From Narcine bancroftii (taxonomy: Eukaryota), in contig NW_027212023.1 of the NCBI RefSeq assembly GCF_036971445.1, forward strand, positions 124,001 through 188,000: a DNA stretch of 64,000 bases. Direction: 5' to 3'. The notes under the pieces were generated by a model. The model was not told the DNA's origin, did not search any database, and saw only the letters and a list, made by a program, of their open reading frames with translations. This document shows, in pieces, positions 12,916-23,924 of the stretch; within the stretch, counting starts at the first letter, position 1, and every line of letters starts with the position of its first letter. The position numbers and the translations under genes were made by a program.

Positions 12916-13890
12916 CCGCGCCCCCTTGAAGGTGGGAATCCAACCCCGCAAAAACTACTTGGATATTTCTCAGACCAAATGGAATTGAATGGGAGAGAAA
13001 CAGTCTGCAGTTACCCTGGTTAAAGTCAAAACAGTGCAGGAGAAACTCAGCAGGTCAAACAGCGCAAAGATAAAAACACAGAACCAAAGTTTTGGGCTGA
13101 AGCAAACTGCAGGCAGGTGCCCGAACAACAAAAAAACGAATCCGCCCGAAGAGCTGAGGTCTGAAATGTTGACTGGCCCACGGGGACTCCTAGACCTGCT
13201 GAGTTCCTCTAGCACTCTGTGTCTGGGGCATCTGCAGACTCCAAGATCACCGCAAGGCTCCGCGAAACATCCTCGGCAGGTCCAGAGGGGAACCAAGGCT
13301 TTGGGTGCATAAGCAACGTTTCGGGCATCAAGGTCTGAGCGAAATGCCGACCCAGTTCCGTTCGGAAATCTGAGGGCGGAGGGGAAGAGGATATATTGTA
13401 GCCATCAGATTTCTGTCGGGAACCGGGCGCCTGCCCGACCTTGATGAAGGGCTCAAGCCCGAAACATTGGTGATGTAACCTAGTTACATAAAGGGCACTG
13501 TTTGACCTGCTGAGTTCTATTTTTACTGGAAATGAAAGAACATGCAAAACATATGGAGCAGATGACCCTTTCCACGGACGCCACTTGACTGGCGGAGCTC
13601 TTTAACATTTGTGGTTATTTCGGATCTGCTGGGTTTTTGTGTTGCGGATTTAAACTTTTGTTCTAAAAGTCGTTCAAACTTTTTAAGCATGTGGAGGGAA
13701 GCCGATCCAAGTTTCTACCCCATTTATTTCCTCGATCTCGAGCCCATTTCTGCTCTGCCTAGATCCCCAGCTCTGCTCACGAACCCCCTGACTCTCTGAG
13801 CTCCCACTTTGGACTACTAGAGAGCTCCGCGAGCTGGCAGAGTGGAGATGGGCCGAACTGCTCCCAAGGCAGAGGTGAAAGAAGCGTTAC

Positions 13891-14159
13891 CAGTCCGCGG
13901 CAAGTGCTGATCGCGGCGAAGGAGCGGCGGCGGCCGAGGACGTAGCCGCTGTAGAAGCACTGATGCTGGGCGGTGAGGCGGCCGGCGCCCCGGCCGAGTT
14001 CCTCCACGGTGAAAGCCGGCGCCAGGAAGCGCAGCCCCCGCCTCAGGGACAGCACCAGCTCGGTGCCCCAGGCCGGCAGCGCTAGCTGGAGGTGCTCGCC
14101 GGGCGGAGCCGCTCCTGCCCCGGCGCCCAGGTTCCGCGGGACGGTCAGCTCAGAGGCCG
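13891..14159 (-). CDS. ADAMTS17/19-like metalloprotease, exon 2 (prodomain)
   Basis: ccttctccAG acceptor and CTG|GTAAC donor, 269 nt; encodes LQLALPAWGTELVLSLRRGLRFLAPAFTVEE...CFYSGYVLGRRRSFAAISTCRGL, the ADAMTS17/19-type prodomain pattern. Confidence 0.92.
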
Positions 14160-14229
14160 CTGGAGAAGGAGGGGGTGAAAGGGGCAAGTTATTGGGTGGG
14201 GGGTCCTGCGAGAGTTAAACTTTGGGAGG

Positions 14230-14850
14230 AACGGTGGGGGGGGGGGGCAGAAGAGGGAGAGGACCGGAGAACGGGGGAAGGGGCGTGAGGGGAGAGATCT
14301 CGGGGGGTGGTGGGGGTGGGGAGAAAGGGAGAAATCCGCCGGGGAGGAGGTGGGAGAGGGAGAGAGATCCCTGGGGGAGGGAACGAGGGAGAGGGGAGAT
14401 CCCGGGGGTGGAGAGAAAGGAGATCCCGGGGAGGGGGAAGGAGGGAGATCCCGGGGGGGGGGGGGAAGGAGGGAGATCCCGGGGGGGGGAAGGAGGGAGA
14501 TCCCGGGGAGGGGGGAAGGAGAGAGATCCGGGGAGGGGGGAAGGAGAGAGATCCCGGGGAGGGGGGAAGGAGAGAGATCCCGGGGAGAGGGAAAACCGGC
14601 GAAGGGAAGGGAAAGAGGGTCCAACGGGGGAAGGGAAAGGGGGATCGGGGGGTGAGGGGAAGGAGGATCGCGGGGGTGAGGGGAAGGGGATCTGGCGGAG
14701 GATGGGGAAGGGGATCTGGCGGAGGATGGGGAAGGGGATCTGGCGGAGGATGGGGAAGGGGATCTGGCGGAGGATGGGGAAGGGGGATCGAGGGGTGAGG
14801 CATCGCGGGGGTGAGGGGAAAGGGATCTCGCGGATGGGGAAAGGGGAACC
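14230..14850. repeat. G-rich tandem/low-complexity repeats filling ADAMTS intron 1
   Basis: GGAGATCCCGGGG.. units and 4 copies of GGGGATCTGGCGGAGGATGGGGAA. Confidence 0.9.
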
Positions 14851-14887
14851 GGCGGGGTAACGTGAGCCAGCGGCGAGGCAGCGGTAC

Positions 14888-14951
14888 CTGGCCCCGAGCA
14901 CTGCAGCAGGCAGACGGCCAGAGCCAGGCGCAGCAGCGAGCGACCGCCCAT
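14888..14951 (-). CDS. ADAMTS17/19-like metalloprotease, coding exon 1 (signal peptide MGGRSLLRLALAVCLLQCSGP)
   Basis: ATG at 14951 in a CpG/GC-box-rich region; hydrophobic signal peptide; CAG|GTACC donor; 64 nt (phase 1) joins exon 2 in frame. Confidence 0.88.
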
Positions 14952-15240
14952 GGTCCTACCGCCGACAATGGACTCGCTCCCGGCGGAGACACTCAGCGCC
15001 GGCCGGCTGGCCCCACCCCCTAGAACCCGGTCACGCCTCCGCCCCGGTACCGCCCCCGGCACGAGGCCCCGCCCATTAGGACCCTGTCACGCCCCTCAGA
15101 ACACAGTCCGCCCACAGAACCTGATCCCACCTCTCGCATCAAGTCCCACTCCACACCTGGCTGCACCCCCATCTGCTGGCTCCGGTCCTTCCCCTCCTAC
15201 GAACTCTCGTCTCCCGCATTCATTGGCCAATCGTGAGAAA
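14952..15240 (-). promoter_or_regulatory. CpG-rich proximal promoter/5'UTR of the ADAMTS-like gene
   Basis: Three GC boxes (CCGCCC near 15039, 15050 and 15069) and palindromic ATTGGCCAAT at 15222-15231, just upstream of the ATG exon. Confidence 0.6.
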
Positions 15241-15851
15241 CCGTCACCAGCAGGCTGCCTTCTGAATGGCTGCGCGGATCAGCTGGCTCAGTCATCCCAG
15301 GGGTCTCACCACCCGACAGCCATTTGACCACTAGTTGGCAAGTGAACACCACAGGTGACCTGCAGCGATTCACTGCAGTGAGAGAGTCAATGGATCTCAA
15401 CGATGATTTGGGGTCAGCCAGGTCCTCAGAGGTGAGGAGGGTGGCTGGTTAAGGGAGGGTCAAGGATCAGGGGGGTCCGAAGATCAGAGGATGGGCAGCA
15501 GTGGGAGGGCATCAATGGCAGTGGGGACAGTCAATAGTGGCCAGTGGCCCCAAGATGATCAATGCAGTCAAGGGGTCAGGTGAGCTGTGGTGGGGCTGGT
15601 CAGCCTGCTCTCTGCCTGGAGTAGGACTGAACCTCTTCCTCGGGCGGAGACCAGGGTGTGTGAGAGTTGGGATGTGTTGAGTGAAGCTGGTGCCGAATCG
15701 CCAGGCGAATCTGGTGAACCAACCTGAATGTCTGTGTTCATGAGCATGGTTAGGGCAGAGCACTAGAGATGAGGCTTCTGTACAACGTTCCAGTAAGTGG
15801 CAGATCATTCAGGACATTAAAAAAATATGCTTTTAAATTTCACAAAGCACT

Positions 15852-16740
15852 CTCTTTACTTTGGCTTGGCTTCGCGGAAGAAGATTTATGGAGGGGTAAT
15901 GTCCACGTCAGCTGCAGGCTCGTTTGTGGCTGACAAGTCCGATGCGGGACAGGCAGACACAGTTGCAGCGGTTGCAAGGGAAAATTGGTTGGTTGGGGTT
16001 GGGTGTTGGGTTTTTCCTCCTTTGCCTTTTGACAGTGAGGTGGGCTCTGCGGTCTTCTTCAAAGGTGGTTGCTCCTCGCTAAACTGTGAGGTGTCAAGAT
16101 GCATGGTTTGATCAGCCTGAAGAAAACTGAGGTCCTCCATCAGCCAGCTCCCCACCATGACTACCAGCCCCCCACATCTCCATCGAGCACACAAAACTCA
16201 AAACGGTCAACCAGTTTACCTATCTCGGCTGCACCATTTCATCGGATGCAAGGATCGACAACGAGATAGACAACAGACTCGCCAAGGCAAATAGCACCTT
16301 TGGAAGACTACTCAAAAGAGTCTGGAAAAGCAACCAACTGAAAAACCTCACAAAGATTAGCGTATACAGATCCGTTGTCATACCCACACTCTTGTTCAGC
16401 TCCGAATCATGGGTCCTTTACCGGCATCACCTACGGCTCCTAGATCGCTTCCACCAGCGTGGTCTCCGCTCCATCCTCAACATTCATTGGCGCGACTTCA
16501 TCTCCAACATCGAAGTACTCGAGATGGCAGAGGCCGACAGCATCGAATCCATGCTGCTGAAGATCAAACTGCGCTGGGTAGGTCATGTCTCCAGAATGGA
16601 GGACCATCGCCTTCCCAAGATCGTGCTATATGGCGAGCTCTCCACTTGCCACCGAGACAGAGGTGCACCAAAGAAGAGGTACAAGGACTGCCTAAAGAAA
16701 GCTCTTGGTGCCTGCCACATTGGCCATCGCCAGTGGGCTG
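15852..16740 (-). mobile_element. RTE-clade LINE with an inverted 5' segment
   Basis: 3' end (C2H2-like FPCNRC...SHKRAC, stop, purine-rich tail) on minus at 15852-16117; upstream ORF part (RFHQRGLRSIL...LRWVGHVSRM) on plus at 16112-16740; TSD AAAGCACT. Confidence 0.9.
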
Positions 16741-18871
16741 AAAGCACTATATCAGTTGTAAATATTGAACAGGTTAGCCTTGCAGCATGTCAACTTGTGC
16801 TGACTCCTTCTAGCTGATTGCAGTGACATCCAGACTGACTCTGGGCCTCTTCCTGGAATCTCACCTAGCCCCAGCACCCCAAAAAAATCCTCGTGCCCAA
16901 TATGGTAAATGGTGCAGGGTTTTAATAGAGTCATTCAGCACAAAACAGCCCAACTGACCCTTGCCAACCATGTTATTCTGGGCTAGTTCCATTTGCCTGA
17001 ATTTGGACCATGTCTTTCTAAACCTTTCCTCTTCATAAACTTGCTCAAATGTCCTTTGAATGTTTTAATCATGCCTGTTTCTACAGTTTCTTCTGACAGC
17101 TGGTTCCAAATTCAAACCACCTTCTGAGTGAAAAGGTTGCTCCTCAGGTCTGTCTTAAATTCCTCCTCACTTTCATATGAAACCTATGCCCTCTATTTCT
17201 AGAATCAAATACCCTAGGACCAGCTGCATCAGTCGAGTATGGGGACACCAATATTCCCAAGCATTCTTCTTTGGCTTGGCTTCGCGGACGAAGATTTATG
17301 GAGGGCATAAAGCACTGCAAAAGGTAGTGGACACAGTCCTGAACATCACAGGCTAAAACCTCCCCACCGTCGAGAATATCTGCAGGGAACGCTGCCGTCG
17401 GGGATCAAGGATCCACATCACCCAGCACGCACTCTGTACTCGCTGCTACCATCAAGAAAGAGATATCAGTACCACAAGACTCACCCCACCAGGTTCAGGA
17501 ACAGCTGCTACCCCTCCACCATTAGACTCCTCAACAACAAACTCAATCAGAGACTCATTTAAAGATTATTTTGCACTTTATTGCTTTTTTTCTCTCTGTA
17601 ATTCACAGTCAGTTTGTTTACATTTCTTTACATGTGTATGTTGAATAGTTTTTTTCACCACCAATAAGTGGTAATTCTGCCTCGCCTGCAGGAAAAATAA
17701 TCCCAAGTTTGCATGTGATGTCATGTATGTACTCTGACAATAAATCTGAAATCTGAGAAAAAAAGGACTGTCACCATTCACATGATCTGGCACTCTTTGT
17801 AATTTTATATAAGATCACACCTCAACCTCCTTCGCTCCAGCCTCTCTCACTATAACTCACCCTGGAAAATGTTCTGCCCTCTTGCTTTCTGAATGACATC
17901 CTTTCTGTAGCTGCCCATTCAGAACTTTACACAGTCCTCCAAGTGTTGTCTCACCAATGCCTCCTTCAGTCACATCCCAAAGGCTCACATCTATCACAAT
18001 ATATTTATCCTTTTTGACCTTATGGAATACAGAAGCAGCATTTGTGTTGTAGAAATATCCATATGTACTTTCTTCCCCAATTCCCCTTTGTCCCAACCTT
18101 CCATACTCCAGTCTACTGGCTCATCACCTGAGCCCAAAGATGATGCAAATCTCTGCAAGGGCCTCCACAATTTCTTCCCACGAATAACTGAAACAGGACA
18201 TGGTGAAATACGTGCAGTTGAGAGACAGGTGTTAACAAAAAAAACATTGAAATGCTGGAGGAACTCAGCAGGTCAGGCAACACCCATGGGTAAAAGCGGT
18301 CAATGTACGCCTCGGGTCAGTGCCCTTTAACAAAGATCAAGGTTAGATATTTGTAATCCCTCCATTCAGGGATATTGGAAACAGAGTTAACTATCAGAGA
18401 TTTTGAATGAGAGGGGAACAAGAGGAAGGTGTTCTGCTTCAAGGAGACAGTTCACCATTCATTCAATAGTCTTAGGTTAATGATCAACACTAAAACGAGA
18501 GGGCAGAGATTTAAGGTGAGAGAAGAAAGGTGTGAAAGGGTCTCCATCTTAAAGGTTTTTAAACCTTCTTCACACAGAGGGTGGTGTGTGCATAGACCAA
18601 GCCGTCAAAGAAAGTGGTAGAAGTGGGCACAGATGAAATGTTCAAAAGAAGCCTACATGGATAGGAAAGGTTTTGAGAGATTATGGGTGAACAGGAAAGT
18701 AGGACTAGCTTTATCTGTTTCTGTGCTGTATAACTGTAATTCTAAAAGGAACACACGGTGGGTTCAACAGATGAACTGGATCACCTTATGTCTGATCTCT
18801 CTGCCTTAGATCATGCCTCCAACATTACTATATTTGTATAGTAATGCTAGTGTGGGTGGCAGTCCAGATTA

Positions 18872-19475
18872 CCATATAGATTGACTCGTGTAATAGTCGA
18901 GGTTTTTAAACCAAATTTTCGAGTCAAATTTGGGGGTCGACTTTTACACAGGTCATACGTTTGACCGCGTTAAGTATCTGCGTCGTTCAAGGCGTTGCGA
19001 GCTCAGATGGGCAGGGGCAGATCCATGGGAGCTTGCATAGGGGGAGTGGGGGCGGCTGGGACCGAGGAGAGGGTATATGGCCGTGTCGTCGGGAGATTGA
19101 ATGGGGGGAAGACCGGGGCGAGGATCCGCAGTCGGGACGTCGGGAGCTCGGACGGGAGGTGGGGCGGGGGGGGGGCGGCAGCCGAGGTGAGGGTTCGCGG
19201 TCTGGGCGACGTGAACTCGGATGGGGGGGGCGGCAGCCGAGGTGAGGGTTCGCGGTCTGGGCGACGTGAACTCGGATGGGGCGGGGCGGCAGCCGAGGTG
19301 AGGGTTCGCGGTCTGGGCGACGTGAACTCGGATGGTGGGGGGGGGGACGGGGGAGTCAGCCGAGGAATCCGGGCATCGGGAGCTCCGGTGAACGGGCGGC
19401 CGAGGCGAGGATCCGCAGTCGGGGCGTCGGTAGCTCTGGAGGGGAAGGGGTCGACTATTACACGAGTTTGTACAG
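18872..19475. mobile_element. TA-flanked Tc1/mariner-superfamily (Tc2/pogo-like) non-autonomous element with an internal GC-rich tandem repeat
   Basis: Inverted ends ACTCGTGTAATAGTCGA / TCGACTATTACACGAGT; TA on both sides; about 3 copies of a 52-bp CpG-rich unit inside. Confidence 0.75.
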
Positions 19476-19563
19476 TAAGCAGGAGCTAGAGCGTTAAAGC
19501 GAGGGCCCACTCGGGTCGATCGAAGCAACTAGCTCGGCTCTACGTGAAAAGATCCAAGGGGTT

Positions 19564-19651
19564 CTTACCCCGTTCCCGACTCCTCGGGATCACTACCGCC
19601 CGTGGAACGGCTCCCGGGGCCGCTGATTGGTCAGCACCGGCTGTCACGTGA
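19564..19651 (-). promoter_or_regulatory. Putative promoter with a short first exon and splice donor
   Basis: In minus-strand order: E-box TCACGTGAC (19643-19651), CCAATCAG (19623-19630), GGGCGG, then GGG|GTAAGA donor (GT at 19568-19567); CpG-rich. Confidence 0.5.
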
Positions 19652-20035
19652 TCTGCACTATCCAGCCACTTCCACCCAGGGGAGGAGCGCTGGGTTCACG
19701 GGGTGGGGGAAATTAGATTCTTGGCGCAGGTACAGGTTTCTTTAGGTGGCTGTAACATCACCACAGGCTGTGGTGGGCGAAGCTTCCCATTTCTAAGAAC
19801 GTGCACCATGTATTTTGGAAGCGCGTGTATAAAATACTCACCGTTTACAGCCAAACTCCCACTGAGTTTTAGCTGTCTCCCCGTCCAAAAAGTTGCATTA
19901 TTGAACTCCCTGAAGCACAAAGCTCGGCTGCATAGTTCCCAGTCTAATTACCCTGGAAGATTCAGAATGAACGTTCTCCAAGGCTACACTTCGAAAACTG
20001 ATGCTCCACCTTTGGCATCCGAGAGGCGGCAAGTG

Positions 20036-21447
20036 GGGGGGGGGGGGGAGAGGAGAGAGGGGGAAGGGGAGGGGAGAGAGAGGGGGAAGGGGAAGAGGGT
20101 GGGAGGGAGAAGAGGGAGGGGGAAGGAGAGGGAAGAGGGAGGGGGAAGGGGAGAGGAGGGAGGGGGAAGGGGAGAGGAGGGAGGGGGAAGGGGAGAGGAG
20201 GGAAGGGGAGAGGAGGGAGGGGGAAGGGGAGAGGAGGGAGGGGGAAGGGGAGAGGAGGGAGGGGGAAGGGGAGAAGAGGGAGGGGAAGGGGAGAAGAGGG
20301 AGGGGGAAGGGGAGAAGAGGGAGGGGGAAGGGGAGAAGAGGGAGGGGGAAGGGGAGAAGAGGGAGGGGGAAGGGGAGAAGAGGGAGGGGGAAGGGGAGAA
20401 GAGGGAGGGGGAAGGGGAGAAGAGGGAGGGGGAAGGGGAGAAGAGGGAGGGGGAAGGGGAGAGGAGGGAGGGGGAAGGGGAGAGGAGGGAGGGGGAAGGG
20501 GAGAGGAGGGAGGGGGAAGAGGGAGAGGAGGGAGGGGGAAGAGGGAGAGGAGGGAGGGGGAAGAGGAGGGAGGGGGAAGAGGAGGGAGGGGGAAGAGGGA
20601 GGGGGAAGAGGGAGGGGGAAGAGGGAGGGGGAAGAGGGAGGGGGAAGAGGGAGGGGGAAGAGGGAGGGGGAAGAGGGAGGGGGAAGAGGGAGGGGGAAGA
20701 GGGAGGGGGAAGAGGGAGGGGGAAGAGGGAGGGGGAAGAGGGAGGGGGAAGAGGGAGGGGGAAGAGGGAGGGGGAAGAGGGAGGGGGAAGAGGGAGGGGG
20801 AAGAGGGAGGGGGAAGAGGGAGGGGGAAGAGGGAGGGGGAAGAGGGAGGGGGAAGAGGGAGGGGGAAGAGGGAGGGGGAAGAGGGAGGGGGAAGAGGGAG
20901 GGGGAAGAGGGAGGGGGAAGAGGGAGGGGGAAGAGGGAGGGGGAAGAGGGAGGGGGAAGAGGGAGGGGGAAGAGGGAGGGGGAAGAGGGAGGGGGAAGAG
21001 GGAGGGGGAAGAGGGAGGGGGAAGAGGGAGGGGGAAGAGGGAGGGGGAAGAGGGAGGGGGAAGAGGGAGGGGGAAGAGGGAGGGGGAAGAGGGAGGGGGA
21101 AGAGGGAGGGGGAAGAGGGAGGGGGAAGAGGGAGGGGGAAGAGGGAGGGGGAAGAGGGAGGGGGAAGAGGGAGGGGGAAGAGGGAGGGGGAAGAGGGAGG
21201 GGGAAGAGGGAGGGGGAAGAGGGAGGGGGAAGAGGGAGGGGGAAGAGGGAGGGGGAAGAGGGAGGGGGAAGAGGGAGGGGGAAGAGGGAGGGGGAAGAGG
21301 GAGGGGGAAGAGGGAGGGGGAAGAGGGAGGCGGAGGAAGGAGGCGGAAGAGGGAGGGGGAAGGAAGAGAGGGGAAGAGGGAGGGGGAAGGAAGAGAGGAG
21401 GGGCAAGGAAGAGGAAGAGGGAAGGGAAAGGGAGGGGAAGAGGGGGG
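20036..21447. repeat. Polypurine/polypyrimidine tract (21-mer then 13-mer GGGAGGGGGAAGA array)
   Basis: About 1.4 kb almost exclusively G/A on the + strand. Confidence 0.97.
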
Positions 21448-23068
21448 AGTGACCTCTTGCCAAATCTGGCAGGTGGTGGAGAGGGAGGGGGAGTAACCTC
21501 TCGCCAAGTCTGGCATGTGGTTGACGGGGGAGCATGACTTTGGCGCGGATCCCCACTGCAGGATGATCTGCCAGTGCAATGCAAACACCTTAAATAAGAT
21601 GCACGGTGCAAAGGGCCCACGGGCTTTTCACTATGATCGTGCACTCGCTAACACGGTAGGTCCATAATTGACAGCTGGGAGTTGAGTGAAAAACCTGGTC
21701 CATTTTACACTGGGGTGTACAAGAAAGAAAGACTTGTATTGCTGCAACATCTTACAAAACCCTAGGGATTTATAAACAATTAAGTCTAATTACTTCTCTA
21801 CTGGCAGAAATATTCCAGTCATATTTCATACAGACGGCAATGTGAAAATAGCCTGTTAATGCTGGACAATAAGATGTTACTTCCTGAACACTTCTGGATG
21901 TATTTTATGGATTTTGAGCTGCTAATCACAAATATCACCTTAAGATTTTCCTATCAAGTACTGTTTTCTTTTAGATATTCTTGTGATTTCCTGTCATATT
22001 TTAAGTCTACTTAATGCATTCAAAACCATGAAATGCCACTGAAAATTAATTTTCTGCCTTCGCACTTGGACGTCTTCCCTGCTGATCTTGGTGCAGACAG
22101 AGACGAACATGGTGGAGGGTTTCACCAGGACATTGCGACCATGGGAAAATGGTATCAGGGCAGCAGTACTGACTGATGGACACTGACATCAGATGCTGAG
22201 TACAAATGAAAATCAGCGGCAAAACATTTTTAGTGGTTGTGCAGAGGCTGAAACTCGATTCCTTGCTTTTTTTTTTCTTTTGCTGATGACCATGTTCAGA
22301 GGGAGGGGTAGGATTAGTGTGTGGGGGGGGTCCTTTCTCTTTTCTCCTTTTTTTCCTTTCTCTTTCTCATAGAAGAGATTGTTTAGTCTCATAAATTTAT
22401 TCCAATAATAGAATATGAACTGAAATTCCTCCCAAATGAACTCTTTTATGAATATTTTCTGCATATACAATATATTAATTTTTTTATGATTCATAATCTG
22501 TATTTTAATGTTACTAAGATCGTCGATTATTTTTTTGTTCAATATACAACTTGTAATATTTCTCTCTTTCAAATCAATAAAAATATATTATGAAGAAAAC
22601 AGTTGAACTAACACAGTGGTCCTCAACCTTTTTCTCACAGAGCACCTTAAGTAATCTTTTACTAACCATGGAGCACCTGTTGCATAGGCAGTTGTAACAT
22701 CTCCTTCTCTATCCTTCATCGTCCAACTTAAATCTTCTCTGCCATCTCTCCAGCTTGACGCGTCTTTCCTCTAGCACAGTGAACACGATGCTCCAAATGG
22801 GGCCTCACCAATACCTGCAACGTGGAACTCCCAGCTTCTGTACTCATTACTCTGACTGATGAAGCCCAATGTGCCAAGAGCCCTTGTGACCTTCCTATCT
22901 ACCTACGACACCAGTTTCAAGGTACTATGTACGTACTCCTGCTCTGCAATATCCCTACCTAACTCCAGACAACATGGATAGTCACTTTTGACCCCCTTTG
23001 GACCACGTCCTCAGCAATGCTCTTTTCTTCAGCAAGGAATACAGGACTCAGACACTTTAGTTTCCCCA

Positions 23069-23346
23069 TGTGGTGTGCTGTTGGTCAGAAGCAAACACAC
23101 AAAACCAAAAGACTGTACAACAGGCTTTATTCGACGTAAACTTCCACAGAGCCAACTGTGAGGAGAGCTGCTGTAATCTCTGAGGGTGTCTTCGAAGGGC
23201 CAGCTCAGGCTTGTAATCCTGGATGGTGATTAACACCCAACCGGGTGGGGGCTTGGTCCATTCAGGTCATCTGATTGACAGACGGCCAGGTGTTGTCTTG
23301 TCCCCATGCTCTTCTGCAGGTACAGAGGTTTCCCCCTGCAGTAGGC
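23069..23346 (-). mobile_element. Partial inverted LTR (family A-related)
   Basis: Starts TGTGGTGTGCTGTTGGTCAGA (reverse complement of the family A 3' end) and ends ...CTGCAGGTACAGAGG...CTGCAGTAGGC. Confidence 0.7.
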
Positions 23347-23924
23347 AAATCCCATGCTCCCTCCTTATGGTGGGGGGTTCATCACACACCAGCCACCATC
23401 CCCCCCCACTTAGGGGATCCAGCAGCTCAGTGCCAGAGCTCACCAAAAACAGTGACAGGGAGGTACCAGAGCCACCCCGTGAGGTGCCAAAGCGGCGCTC
23501 TGGTGAGCCCCATCAGCACTGCACCCCTGCCTGTCACAATCTGACTTGACCATTCCAAAAAAAAAGTCTTCTCCCATGTGACAAGCATGACCCTATCAGC
23601 ATCCCAGGGTTGTATGTGATATGCAAAAAAGAATTAAAAAATCTCAGGGTTGTACGTAATGACAAAAAAATCTGATTTAGCTACACACTATTCATCTGCA
23701 AAATGCATCATTAGGTGAATGATCACGTAACCAGGTTCCCATTTCCTTAGGCATTGTTCTAGTACATCACCTGAATGGAGAAACTCCAGGTTGGTGGAAA
23801 CTTACAAGCTGGTAAGTCATGAGCCCCCTCACTCTCTGAATATTTATAGTCCGCTTTTGCAAAGCTTACTGAGTAAGGCAGACCCTTTCTTCCACATTAA
23901 TCAGCTTGATACCATTGAAAAGGC

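Noticed and set aside
14145-15062. 305-aa Pro/Ser-rich ORF as the ADAMTS N-terminus
   Set aside because: Read-through of exon 1 into low-complexity intron 1; canonical splice sites remove it
19703-21644. 480-600 aa Gly/Arg/Glu- or Pro-rich ORFs
   Set aside because: A purine-only tract cannot contain stop codons; not a gene
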